From: Erysipelotrichaceae bacterium
GTDB taxonomy: Bacteria > Bacillota_I > Bacilli_A > Erysipelotrichales > Coprobacillaceae
Assembly (NCBI GenBank): GCA_028698185.1
Contig: JAQVDW010000005.1
Location: 60,001 to 92,000, forward strand
DNA length: 32,000 nt
Direction: 5' to 3'
Below, piece by piece: positions 1-7,973 of this stretch. A program made the position numbers and the translations under genes. Each line of letters opens with the position of its first letter. Position 1 is the stretch's first letter. The notes beneath the pieces were generated by a model. That model saw only the letters and a list, made by a program, of their open reading frames with translations, was not told the DNA's origin and searched no databases.

Positions 1-547
1 GAATGTCTTTTTGCTGTTTATTGCAGCGATGCTCTACATGACATATGGTATCAAGATTGCATCGTTGATCGCCACGGTCGGATACGGCGCACCTAGCGAT
101 GCGAGCTTTGTCATAATGTTCCTGTCACTTGGTGGAATCGCAGCAGGGATATTTTTTGGCCGGATCATCCGGGTCACAAAGGGATACTCGGCTACAGTTG
201 GTCTGGCAATCCTGGCGGTCACCATGGTCCTGTTCAGTGTGAGCCACTCATTGATATTGACCTTCTTTGGTGGCTTGCTTTCAGGTATCGGCTTCAAGAT
301 CTTCATGCCAGCTCTTATTGATAAAATCAACAAGTCGCCGGTCTACAACAAATCGCTGGCAACGTCACTCTTGCTGGTCGGATTCAATCTTGGGGCATTC
401 CTGTCACCCTATGGCAGCATGGTGCTGGCGGCCATTGCCGGAAAATCAGGATTGCCGGGGCTGTTCCTGGTGGACGGTGTCTGCTTCGGGATTCTTGCAG
501 TCGTCACGCTGCTGATAACACTGATGAAAGGAAGAAAAACAGCCTAG
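1..547 (+). CDS. MFS-type transporter, C-terminal half (5-prime end lies upstream of the window)
   Basis: The frame is open from the window edge to TAG 545-547; the ORF-track start at 11 is a TTG inside the frame. The product is almost entirely hydrophobic helices (FLSLGGIAAGIFFGRI, FFGGLLSGIGFKIF, LLLVGFNLGAFLSPYG) with a short basic tail, like the second six-helix half of an MFS permease. No subfamily is recognisable. Confidence 0.7.
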   Translation, partial: NVFLLFIAAMLYMTYGIKIASLIATVGYGAPSDASFVIMFLSLGGIAAGIFFGRIIRVTKGYSATVGLAILAVTMVLFSVSHSLILTFFGGLLSGIGFKIFMPALIDKINKSPVYNKSLATSLLLVGFNLGAFLSPYGSMVLAAIAGKSGLPGLFLVDGVCFGILAVVTLLITLMKGRKTA

Positions 548-590
548 TTATTCTTCCTGTTTCCCTATATAATAAAAGAAGGTGATGAAT

Positions 591-1481
591 ATGGACTTAA
601 GACTATTGGAATACTTTCTCTCGGTTGTCGAAGCGGGCAACCTGTCTAAAGCGGCGACAAATCTGCATCTTACTCAGCCGACATTGTCGCGCCAGCTCCA
701 GCAACTCGAGCAAATATATGGAACAAAACTTTTTATCCGGGGCAACCGCACGATGACTCTGACTGATGGCGGCATGATTCTAAAGAGGCGTGCCCAGGAA
801 ATCCTTGAACTCAATGAAAAAACAATCCAGGAGATCCAGGAAAACGAAAGAAATCTTTCGGGAACGATTGCCATCGGCTGTGGGGAATCACTTGGTTCGA
901 CCATTGTGCCCAAACTGATACGGGAATTTTCACAGGTCCATCCCCGGGTTAAATACCAGCTATATACCGGAGGCAATGAACTTTCCAAGGAAAAAATCAA
1001 CGAAGGAATCGTCGACTGTGCCATCGTCCTTGAACCTGTCGACAAAAACTACTACAACTATATCGAACTGCCTTATTTTGATAAATGGTGCGTGCTAATG
1101 CGCAAGGACGATCCGTTGGCAAGTATAGAAGTGATTACCCGCGACCAGCTTGAAGGAATGCCGCTAGCCATTCCCAACCGCAAGGAAGTCAAGGAAACTT
1201 TCAATAAATGGATGGGAAAGGATGTGTCGGAGCAGTTCAAGGTGGAATTCGATGTCAATTCCAATTTGGGTTTGCTTGTAAAAGAGGGGTTTTGCTATGG
1301 CGTAACCATCGAAGGGGCGGCCCAAACGATAGTCGGGGATGAACTGACATATCGTTTGCTCGAACCGGAAATTTCCTCCCAGGCCTATCTTATCTGGAAG
1401 AAGTCAGTCAAGATGTCGCGGGCATTAGAGAAATTTCTTGAAAGCGTCAATGATATAATCGGGAAATTGGGCTCCAAATAA
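591..1481 (+). CDS. LysR-family transcriptional regulator
   Basis: MDLRLLEYFLSVVEAGNLSKAATNLHLTQPTLSRQLQQLE is the canonical LysR winged HTH, and the ~297 aa length includes a C-terminal effector-domain-sized region. The ORF opens at GTG 582 / ATG 585. ATG 591 lies 8-9 nt after AGAAGG and gives the usual M-x-LR-x-L start. Confidence 0.85.
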   Translation: MDLRLLEYFLSVVEAGNLSKAATNLHLTQPTLSRQLQQLEQIYGTKLFIRGNRTMTLTDGGMILKRRAQEILELNEKTIQEIQENERNLSGTIAIGCGESLGSTIVPKLIREFSQVHPRVKYQLYTGGNELSKEKINEGIVDCAIVLEPVDKNYYNYIELPYFDKWCVLMRKDDPLASIEVITRDQLEGMPLAIPNRKEVKETFNKWMGKDVSEQFKVEFDVNSNLGLLVKEGFCYGVTIEGAAQTIVGDELTYRLLEPEISSQAYLIWKKSVKMSRALEKFLESVNDIIGKLGSK

Positions 1482-1505
1482 TAGATGCTAATGTCATCAT
1501 AAGTA

Positions 1506-1537
1506 AAAAGACCCGCCATTTTGGTGACGGGTCTTTT
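1506..1537. terminator. Bidirectional intrinsic terminator between convergent genes
   Basis: AAAAGACCCG, a 12-nt loop, then CGGGTCTTTT. The A-run upstream and T-run downstream would allow termination in both directions. It lies between the LysR stop (1481) and the minus-strand pseudogene end (1555). Confidence 0.6.
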
Positions 1538-1554
1538 ATGTCTTTGCTTGATCG

Positions 1555-2748
1555 TTATTCGAAGGTGGCAGCCACATCTTTGAGCAGTTTGATGATCGGC
1601 AGTTTTTGGGGACACATATTCTCACATTGGCCGCGCTCGATGCAATCGGACGCCTTTCCTTTGCCTTTGGTATGAACTCCGTAGTAGTAGCCGCTGCTCC
1701 AGTCGTTGAAGACCATCTTGTCGTTGTAGCAACCAAACAGATCGGGAATCGAGATGTTCATCGGGCAGCCATCAACATAGTAGCGACAGGCAGTGCAGTC
1801 GATCCGGTCGAGCGGCTCAAATATTTTCCTGACCTTTGCCACAGCTTCGTGTTTTTTATCAGTGAAAGGTTTGAAATCCTTAATGAAACTGATATTGTCT
1901 TTCATCTGTTCGATGGTACTCATTCCCGAGAGAACCTTGTAGACACCATCGAATGAAGCCGGCAAATCTTAATGCATAGCTTGCATTGGGATCGAGCCTG
2001 TCGAACACTGCCTTGGCGGCATCAGGCAGGTTGACTAACCCGCCTCCCTTGATCTGCTCCATGATCAAAATCGGTTTGCCATGCTTCGGCAGATATAATA
2101 AGCTTTCTTGCTTTGAACACTGAGGTTGTTGATGTCCATGTAGTTGAACTGGATCTGGACAATTTCGATTTCAGGATGTTCGGTCAATATCATATCAAGG
2201 ACATCGGAAGTGTCACTGAAAGAGATTCTGACATGCCTGATTTTTCCGGCCGATTTAAGTTCCTGGGCGATTTCATAGGCACGACATTTCTTAAAATGCT
2301 CATAGTTGTGACGGTCCTGGGCATGCATCAGGTGGTGGTCGCGCATTCCCTCTCCAAAGATGTCGACCTGGGCTGGGATCCCTTGTTCCAACCGGTTTTC
2401 CGGTGTTGTCGTTGATTGCCCGCCGTGGCAGGCCGACTCCTTTGCAATAATGAAGTCGTTGCGTGAATGGATGAACGGGAAGACTCGCCCGATGCCTAGA
2501 TACGCACTCGCCCGATAGACGATTTCCTTCATCTCGATCATTGTCACACCACAGTTGCAAGTTGTGGTAAGCATCGCCTTGAATTCGTCGATTCCCCGGC
2601 AACCAAGCATAGCCGCCAGGATGACAATGAAGCGGGTCTTGTCATCAAGATTTCGCTGTCTGATGACCTCGTCAAAGGCAAAATTGTCAAACAACTTGAC
2701 AAATATAGGGTCGGTGATCAATAATTCCGAATCATATCCCGGAAACAT
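1555..2748 (-). pseudogene. Chimeric, frameshifted remnant: N-terminal half of a carboxymuconolactone decarboxylase (CMD)-family gene fused to the C-terminal ~70% of an aldo/keto reductase with a 2x[4Fe-4S] tail
   Basis: There are three minus-strand ORF fragments in three frames (2748-2065, 2068-1880, 1965-1555). The first ~137 aa carry CMD-family signatures (FDNFAFDEV, LGCRGIDEFKAML, YLGIGRVFPF, TTTPENRLEQG..DIFGEGM). From HLMHAQ onward the fragments align colinearly with residues ~108-372 of the intact paralog at 29825-30943: EIEIVQIQFNY/EVEFVQLQINY, MEQIKGGG/MEPVKGGM, VLSGMSTIEQM/VLSGMSDVEQM, and Cys clusters CTACRYYVDGCP and CIERGQCENMCP. The AKR catalytic N-terminus is absent, and there are frameshifts near 2083-2090 and 1950-1960. 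Confidence 0.7.
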
Positions 2749-2957
2749 TTTTTGCGATAGTTCAGTTCAAAATCAGAAGTTGCCAATTGATATCGCCTCT
2801 TTAATTGATAAGTATTTCGCCTCCTGCCAGGACCAACAGGATGTAAGCCATTGGGTAATATGGTTGGATATCCTGGAAAAATAGGATTATAATTTGGTTA
2901 AGGTTCCATTGTTAAAATAAAATGGATGGTTTTTTCCGGTTAAAGCCGATATACATC

Positions 2958-2988
2958 ATTATAAATGATGGAGTGAATTCTATGTCAA
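2958..2988 (-). promoter_or_regulatory. MerR-type promoter (19-nt spacer) facing the CMD::AKR remnant
   Basis: The minus strand reads TTGACA-tagaattcactccatcatt-TATAAT, with -35 at 2988-2983 and -10 at 2963-2958. The spacer contains ATAGAATTCACTCCAT. This is 12/16 identical to the palindrome in the facing promoter and sits in the same register relative to the -35. Confidence 0.5.
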
Positions 2989-3058
2989 TCTGAAATTGAA
3001 CGAGACGCATCTAAGTTTGATTTGCAAAAAAAATAATGAAAAAAATTATTGAAAGCAT

Positions 3059-3089
3059 TTGACATGGAGTCGACTCCATTTGATAAACT
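3059..3089 (+). promoter_or_regulatory. MerR-type promoter/operator of the SDR-MerR-AKR operon
   Basis: TTGACA (3059-3064), 19 nt, TAAACT (3084-3089). A perfect 16-bp palindrome ATGGAGTCGACTCCAT (3064-3079) fills the over-long spacer, which is the classic layout of MerR-activated promoters. A MerR gene lies in the downstream operon. Confidence 0.6.
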
Positions 3090-3145
3090 TGGATTGTAAA
3101 GTTTATTTGTCAAACTAATAAATATATGAAATGGAGACAGGGAAT

Positions 3146-3967
3146 ATGGAAAACAAAGAAGTTGTCGTGCTTACCGGAGCTGGTTCTATCGGGTTGGCTA
3201 TCGTTCGAAGAATCGGGGTTGGCAAACACATTGTCGTTGCCGATTTGAATCTGGCAAACGCCAAAGCGGTAGCCAAAACGCTTTATGATGCCGGCTTCAA
3301 GAGCACTCCCACAACAGTCGACATCGCTTCGCGCCAGTCGATATTGAACCTGATTGCAACGGCAAAGCAATATGGAAAAATAACCCGCTTCATCAATGCG
3401 GCCGGGGTTTCCCCATCGCAGGCCCCAGTCGAAGTCATCCTTAAAGTCGATTTGTACGGTACGGCTGTATTGCTCGAGGAATTTGGCAAGGTGATTGAAC
3501 CTGGGGGCACCGGGGTTATCATTTCCTCGATGTCCGGCTATCGTTTAGGCGGGCTTGAACAAGCCCAAAGCGACCAACTGGCAACAACCGCGACTGAAGA
3601 GTTGTTGAAGCTGCCGTTTTTACAGCTTGAAAACGTTAAAGATACCTTGCATGCCTACCAGCTTTCAAAACGTTGTAACGGTCTAAGAGTAATGGCTGAA
3701 GCGGTCAAATGGGGCAAAAAAGGGGCTAGGATCAATTCCATCAGCCCAGGGATCATCATCACACCTTTGGCCAATGATGAACTAAACGGACCGAGGGGAG
3801 CCGGATATAAAGCGATGCTTGAAAACTGTCCAGCCCAAAGGGCCGGGACTCCAGATGAAGTGGCGGCTTTGGCCGACCTTATCATGGGCGACCATGGCGG
3901 ATTTATCACCGGCAGCGATTTCTTGATTGACGGCGGTGTTACGGCCAACTACTGGTATGGCAAATAG
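3146..3967 (+). CDS. Short-chain dehydrogenase/reductase (SDR) family oxidoreductase
   Basis: It has an N-terminal TGAGSIGLA dinucleotide-binding motif, the catalytic YQLSK motif and SISPG. ATG 3146 is preferred over the ORF-track ATG 3131 because GGAG (3133-3136) lies 9 nt upstream of it. Confidence 0.85.
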   Translation: MENKEVVVLTGAGSIGLAIVRRIGVGKHIVVADLNLANAKAVAKTLYDAGFKSTPTTVDIASRQSILNLIATAKQYGKITRFINAAGVSPSQAPVEVILKVDLYGTAVLLEEFGKVIEPGGTGVIISSMSGYRLGGLEQAQSDQLATTATEELLKLPFLQLENVKDTLHAYQLSKRCNGLRVMAEAVKWGKKGARINSISPGIIITPLANDELNGPRGAGYKAMLENCPAQRAGTPDEVAALADLIMGDHGGFITGSDFLIDGGVTANYWYGK

Positions 3968-3996
3968 GATGTATTGTTAATGCGAGGAAAAAAGAA

Positions 3997-4386
3997 ATGA
4001 AGATATCGCAAGTAGCTCAAAAATATGGCCTGTCGATCGATACGGTCCGCTATTATGAAAAAGCCGGACTGATCGATCCGGTCGCCAAGAACGAGAGCGG
4101 CCGCAAGGTATATCAGGAAAAGGAAATGCGCCGGATCAATTTCATCAAGTGCATGCGCCAGGCTGGGATGAGTATCGAAAACATCAAGATGTATGTCGAT
4201 CTTTTCCATGAAGGCCTAGATACCATCCCCGAGCGTAAAACCATCCTGGAAAACCAGCTAAAAAAACTCATGCACCAGCAAGAAGAGCTGGACAACCAGA
4301 TTGGATTTCTGGAGGATAAGATCGCCAATTACGAACAAACCCTGGTCAAAAGAGAAAAAGCCCGCAAGGAAATTGAAAATATCTGA
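3997..4386 (+). CDS. MerR-family transcriptional regulator (AdhR-like, single conserved Cys52)
   Basis: MKISQVAQKYGLSIDTVRYYEKAGLI is the MerR HTH, followed by a long C-terminal coiled-coil region. The only Cys is residue 52 (FIKCMRQAG). The protein is 129 aa, and GAGG lies 9 nt upstream of the ATG. Confidence 0.9.
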   Translation: MKISQVAQKYGLSIDTVRYYEKAGLIDPVAKNESGRKVYQEKEMRRINFIKCMRQAGMSIENIKMYVDLFHEGLDTIPERKTILENQLKKLMHQQEELDNQIGFLEDKIANYEQTLVKREKARKEIENI

Positions 4387-4415
4387 ATAAACAACATCGT
4401 ACAAGGAGAATACAA

Positions 4416-5384
4416 ATGGAATATGTGAATTTAGGCAATACCGGATTGAAAGTATCCAGACTTTGTGTCGGCTGCATGGGATTTGGGGTCATGGACAAGG
4501 GCGGGATTCCCGGCAAGACCGGAGAAAAAGAAGCCCGGGAAATCATCAAATATGCCCTTGACCAGGGCATCAACTTCTTTGATACGGCCAACTATTATTC
4601 GATGGGGGTAAGCGAGGAAATCCTCGGGCGGGCCATCAGGGATTTTGGCAACCGCGACGAGGTGGTAATCGCAACCAAACTCTACTATCCGATGCACGGT
4701 GGAGCCAACGCCAAGGGACTTTCAAGAAAGGCGATCTTCACCGAAGTCGAAAACTCCCTGAAACGACTGCAAATGGACTACATTGATCTTTACATCATCC
4801 ATCGGATCGACTACATGACCCCTCTTGAAGAAGTCATGGAAGCTCTAAACGACCTGGTGCGCCTGGGCAAGGTAAGGTATATCGGAGCAAGCAGCATGTA
4901 TGCATGGCAGTTTGTCAAGGCCAATGCGATTGCCAGGCAAAACGGATGGGCCCAGTTCATCTCAATGCAGGATACTTACAACCTGGTCTACCGCGAAGAA
5001 GAAAAGGAGATGTATCCGATGTGCATCGACCAGAAAATCGCGATCACCCCTTATTCGCCGGTGGCCCATGGCGTCCTTGTGAAACCTCATGATGCTCCGC
5101 GGACCGACGGGATCGGCAAGCTTCAAAACGAATACGTACTCGAACATGACCGGGAAATCGTTCGCCGGGTTGAAGAGCTGGCAGCCAAGAAGGGAATATC
5201 CAAATCGCAGCTGGCCCTGGCCTGGATGCTCAACAAGCCCCATATCACCGCGCCGCTGGTAGGCAGCTCGAAGGTCGGGTATCTTGAAGAGGCCATCAAG
5301 GCGCTGGATATCAAGCTGACCGAAGAAGAAATGAACTATCTCGAAGAGCCTTACGTGCCCCATGCCCAATACGGGTTCCGTTAA
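4416..5384 (+). CDS. Aldo/keto reductase (NAD(P)H-dependent oxidoreductase)
   Basis: MEYVNLGNTGLKVSRLCVGCMGFG, FFDTANYY and GASSMYAWQ are present, and the 322 aa length is typical of the AKR TIM-barrel family. AAGGAG lies 7 nt upstream. Confidence 0.9.
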   Translation: MEYVNLGNTGLKVSRLCVGCMGFGVMDKGGIPGKTGEKEAREIIKYALDQGINFFDTANYYSMGVSEEILGRAIRDFGNRDEVVIATKLYYPMHGGANAKGLSRKAIFTEVENSLKRLQMDYIDLYIIHRIDYMTPLEEVMEALNDLVRLGKVRYIGASSMYAWQFVKANAIARQNGWAQFISMQDTYNLVYREEEKEMYPMCIDQKIAITPYSPVAHGVLVKPHDAPRTDGIGKLQNEYVLEHDREIVRRVEELAAKKGISKSQLALAWMLNKPHITAPLVGSSKVGYLEEAIKALDIKLTEEEMNYLEEPYVPHAQYGFR

Positions 5385-5410
5385 GTTCGTGATAACTGAA
5401 TGCCAAAGTA

Positions 5411-5457
5411 AAAAAACTGACTCTTGATTGTTGCAATGATCAAAGTCAGGTTTTTTT
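5411..5457. terminator. Bidirectional intrinsic terminator (AKR / AraC convergent pair)
   Basis: A long imperfect hairpin, AAACTGACTCTTGAT...ATCAAAGTCAGGTTT, is preceded by A6 and followed by T7. It sits between the AKR stop (5384) and the AraC gene end (5461). Confidence 0.6.
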
Positions 5458-5460
5458 ATT

Positions 5461-6447
5461 CTAATCGAATTTGTCACGGTATTCCTGCGGGGTGCATCCG
5501 GCATAATCCTTGAAGCGGGAGTAGAATGAGGTCAGGTTGTTGATCCCTACAGTCTGGGCGATTTCATATATCGGCAGGGATTTGTTGTGAAGCAGGATCG
5601 AGGCCTTTTTCATCCGCTCGGTGTTGACGAGTTGCTTGAATGTCTGCCCGAAATGCCGCTTGATCAGTTTGCTGGCATATGTGGGATCATATCCTAGCTC
5701 CTGGCACATCGAAGTGAGGTTGCCCTGGATGAAGTTGGCCTGGATATAGGAAGATATGTCTTCCATCAGCTCGTCATTGCGGCCGGGAACAAGATCGAGA
5801 TTGGTGTCATATTGGAATTTCCTGAACAGATGGGTGACCAGGATCATGATGAAGTTGTCGATCAGCTCATCGGAGCAGATGCTCGGGTCGAAGTGCTCGC
5901 ACAGGATGTTGTCGATGCAGTCCTTGGCAAGCTCATCAGTGCCGGTCTTGAAGACTAGATAATGGATATGGCTGTTCTGGTTGTTCATCAGCTCATGCAT
6001 GAATTTCGACTTGTGGTGGTCGCTTGGCAGATGGTTGATGAATCTTTTTGAAAAGTAGTTCTCGCCGATAATTATGTTGATCCCAAGGTCATCGGAACTG
6101 GTCTTATCGACGCTGTGGGGGACGTGACGGTCAAATATTATCAGATCGCCCGCATTCAAGTTGAGGGTGCTTTCGTCAACAGTTATTGACAGTGTCCCGC
6201 TGTAGACGTAGGTCATGACGATGTAGTGGAAGATGTGCATCGGGGTGAACGAGGCCTGGCGGGGGTGCAGGGCAATTATATGCTCCCGCCCCGAAAATTC
6301 CCGGTCATGATTGAATACATAAAGAAAACTGTCTTTATAAGGAACTTTTTCGAATTTCTCGTCGAAGTGCTCGATAACCTCTTCATCGCTGGCATTCTGG
6401 AATGTCCTTTTGTCAGCCAGCCTTTGTTCTAGTTCTAGTTTGTTCAT
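5461..6447 (-). CDS. AraC-family transcriptional regulator (cupin sensor + double HTH)
   Basis: The C-terminus carries AraC HTH motifs (YASKLIKRHFGQTFKQLVNTERMKKASILL, IYEIAQTVGINNLTSFYSRFKDYAGCTPQEYR). The N-terminus has a cupin-like domain (GDLIIFDRHVPHS). AGGAGG lies directly upstream. The gene is divergent from the EIIC-rhamnosidase operon. Confidence 0.85.
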   Translation of the reverse strand: MNKLELEQRLADKRTFQNASDEEVIEHFDEKFEKVPYKDSFLYVFNHDREFSGREHIIALHPRQASFTPMHIFHYIVMTYVYSGTLSITVDESTLNLNAGDLIIFDRHVPHSVDKTSSDDLGINIIIGENYFSKRFINHLPSDHHKSKFMHELMNNQNSHIHYLVFKTGTDELAKDCIDNILCEHFDPSICSDELIDNFIMILVTHLFRKFQYDTNLDLVPGRNDELMEDISSYIQANFIQGNLTSMCQELGYDPTYASKLIKRHFGQTFKQLVNTERMKKASILLHNKSLPIYEIAQTVGINNLTSFYSRFKDYAGCTPQEYRDKFD

Positions 6448-6512
6448 AATACCTCCTATCCCATTATACCAACGTTTTCAATTTTTGACAGTCATAAAAA
6501 CTTTTATTGACA

Positions 6513-6542
6513 TTGTTTCTTGGTTGTGAAACCGGTTATAAT
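6513..6542 (+). promoter_or_regulatory. Putative promoter of the EIIC-GH78-esterase operon with an overlapping cre-like site
   Basis: TTGTTT (6513-6518), 18 nt, TATAAT (6537-6542). TGAAACCGGTTATA (6527-6540) matches the CcpA cre consensus TGWNANCGNTNWCA at all but one defined position and overlaps the -10. Confidence 0.35.
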
Positions 6543-6630
6543 ATCATTGTAATCAAAACAGGCCAAGCATTACAACAGTTTTCGGAAACAGAATTGAAAA
6601 ACTCAAAACAAAATATTAGGAGAGAATATT

Positions 6631-7947
6631 ATGAAAGACAATCAATTTCTTGAATCCCTTCAGGAAAAATTAGCCATCTTCTCTGGGAAGATCAGCACCA
6701 ACCCATATATCCTGGCGATCCGTGACGGGATGCTGGCATACATGCCATTCACCTTCATCGCTTCGATCTTCCTGATCGTGGCATTCCCCCCAGTTCAGGC
6801 AATAACCGATCTTATCACCAGCATCGTCGGTGTTGAATACGGTGTCTGGATGGGCAAATTAATGTATGTGGCAAGCGTTACCTTGAATATCAGCGGTTTG
6901 CTTGTGGCAATCTCATTGTCAAAAAGTCTGGCGGCGAAGTTGGAAGTGGCGGAAATGCCAGTCATCCTTACTTCAGTAGTTTCATTCCTGTTATTGACGC
7001 CACAAATGGCAACTGAAGCCGGAGATGCGATCCAGGTAGCCAAAATCGGTTCGGAAGCATTGTTCCTGGCGATGGTTGTTTCAATGTTGACAACTAGAAT
7101 ATACAAATTCATCGACAGCAAGAATCTTAAAATCAAGATGCCCGATGCGGTACCACCTGCAGTATCGGCGCCATTCGAATCAATCATTCCTTCATTCATC
7201 ATCGTATTTTTGTTCTGGGCATTGCGCCTTGTTCTTGAAGGATTCTTCGACTCTTCGGCATTGGTTATGATCAACAGCACATTGGGTATGCCAATCAAAA
7301 TGTTGGGTGGATCATTATTCGGGGTTGTAATCGCTAAAATTTTCGAACAGCTTTTATGGTTCTTTGGAATTCACGGTGGTTCGATCGTATCAGGTGTAAT
7401 GACACCAGTATTCCAAGTATTGGAAGATGCAAACAAAGCTGCTTCAATCGCTGGACAACCTTTGCCTAATATCATCTGCAACTCATTCTTCACTCACTTT
7501 GCCGGTATCGGTATCGTCGGTTCGGTAGTAGCTTTAATCATTGTGGCAAAATCAAAACGCTACAAGGAAATGGGCAAAATTGCCGGAGTTCCATATTTGT
7601 TCAACATCGGTGAACCTGCATTGTTCGGTATCCCATTGATGCTCAATGTCACATTCTTCATTCCATTCGTATTCACTTGCGCTATTTCGGCGGTCATCGC
7701 TTATCTGGCATTCGCCTCAGGTATCGTTCCGATTCCAACTGGCTTGGTTCAGTTGCCATGGACAACACCGCCTGTAATTAGCGGTTACCTTGTTACCGGA
7801 AGCATAATGGGTGGGGCATTGCAATTGTTCCTGATTGCGGTCTCTACAATCATCTGGATTCCATTCATCAAAGTTGAAGACAAGAAACTGGTTCGTGAAG
7901 AAGCCGGTCTGCCTTTAGAAGAGGAAGTGTCGAAAGTGGAAGCGTAA
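6631..7947 (+). CDS. PTS EIIC component, lactose/cellobiose family (orphan: no EIIA/EIIB nearby)
   Basis: It is a 438-aa polytopic membrane protein with family-typical motifs LLWFFGIHGG and NIGEPALFGIP. Confidence 0.85.
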   Translation: MKDNQFLESLQEKLAIFSGKISTNPYILAIRDGMLAYMPFTFIASIFLIVAFPPVQAITDLITSIVGVEYGVWMGKLMYVASVTLNISGLLVAISLSKSLAAKLEVAEMPVILTSVVSFLLLTPQMATEAGDAIQVAKIGSEALFLAMVVSMLTTRIYKFIDSKNLKIKMPDAVPPAVSAPFESIIPSFIIVFLFWALRLVLEGFFDSSALVMINSTLGMPIKMLGGSLFGVVIAKIFEQLLWFFGIHGGSIVSGVMTPVFQVLEDANKAASIAGQPLPNIICNSFFTHFAGIGIVGSVVALIIVAKSKRYKEMGKIAGVPYLFNIGEPALFGIPLMLNVTFFIPFVFTCAISAVIAYLAFASGIVPIPTGLVQLPWTTPPVISGYLVTGSIMGGALQLFLIAVSTIIWIPFIKVEDKKLVREEAGLPLEEEVSKVEA

Positions 7948-7973
7948 GCTTCTGCTTTTGATTAAACAGTATT

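Noticed and set aside
2555-2884. A 109-aa plus-strand ORF spanning the start of the CMD::AKR remnant and the intergenic region.
   Set aside because: It is antisense to the CMD-homologous coding sequence for half its length. It has no RBS and no motif, and it ends in AT-rich intergenic DNA.
6485-6512. Two consensus TTGACA hexamers (6485-6490, 6507-6512) as -35 boxes for the EIIC operon.
   Set aside because: Neither has a plausible -10 at 16-19 nt; the TATAAT at 6537 is 24 nt from the nearer one. They may serve the divergent AraC gene or be activator-dependent, but I cannot assign them.
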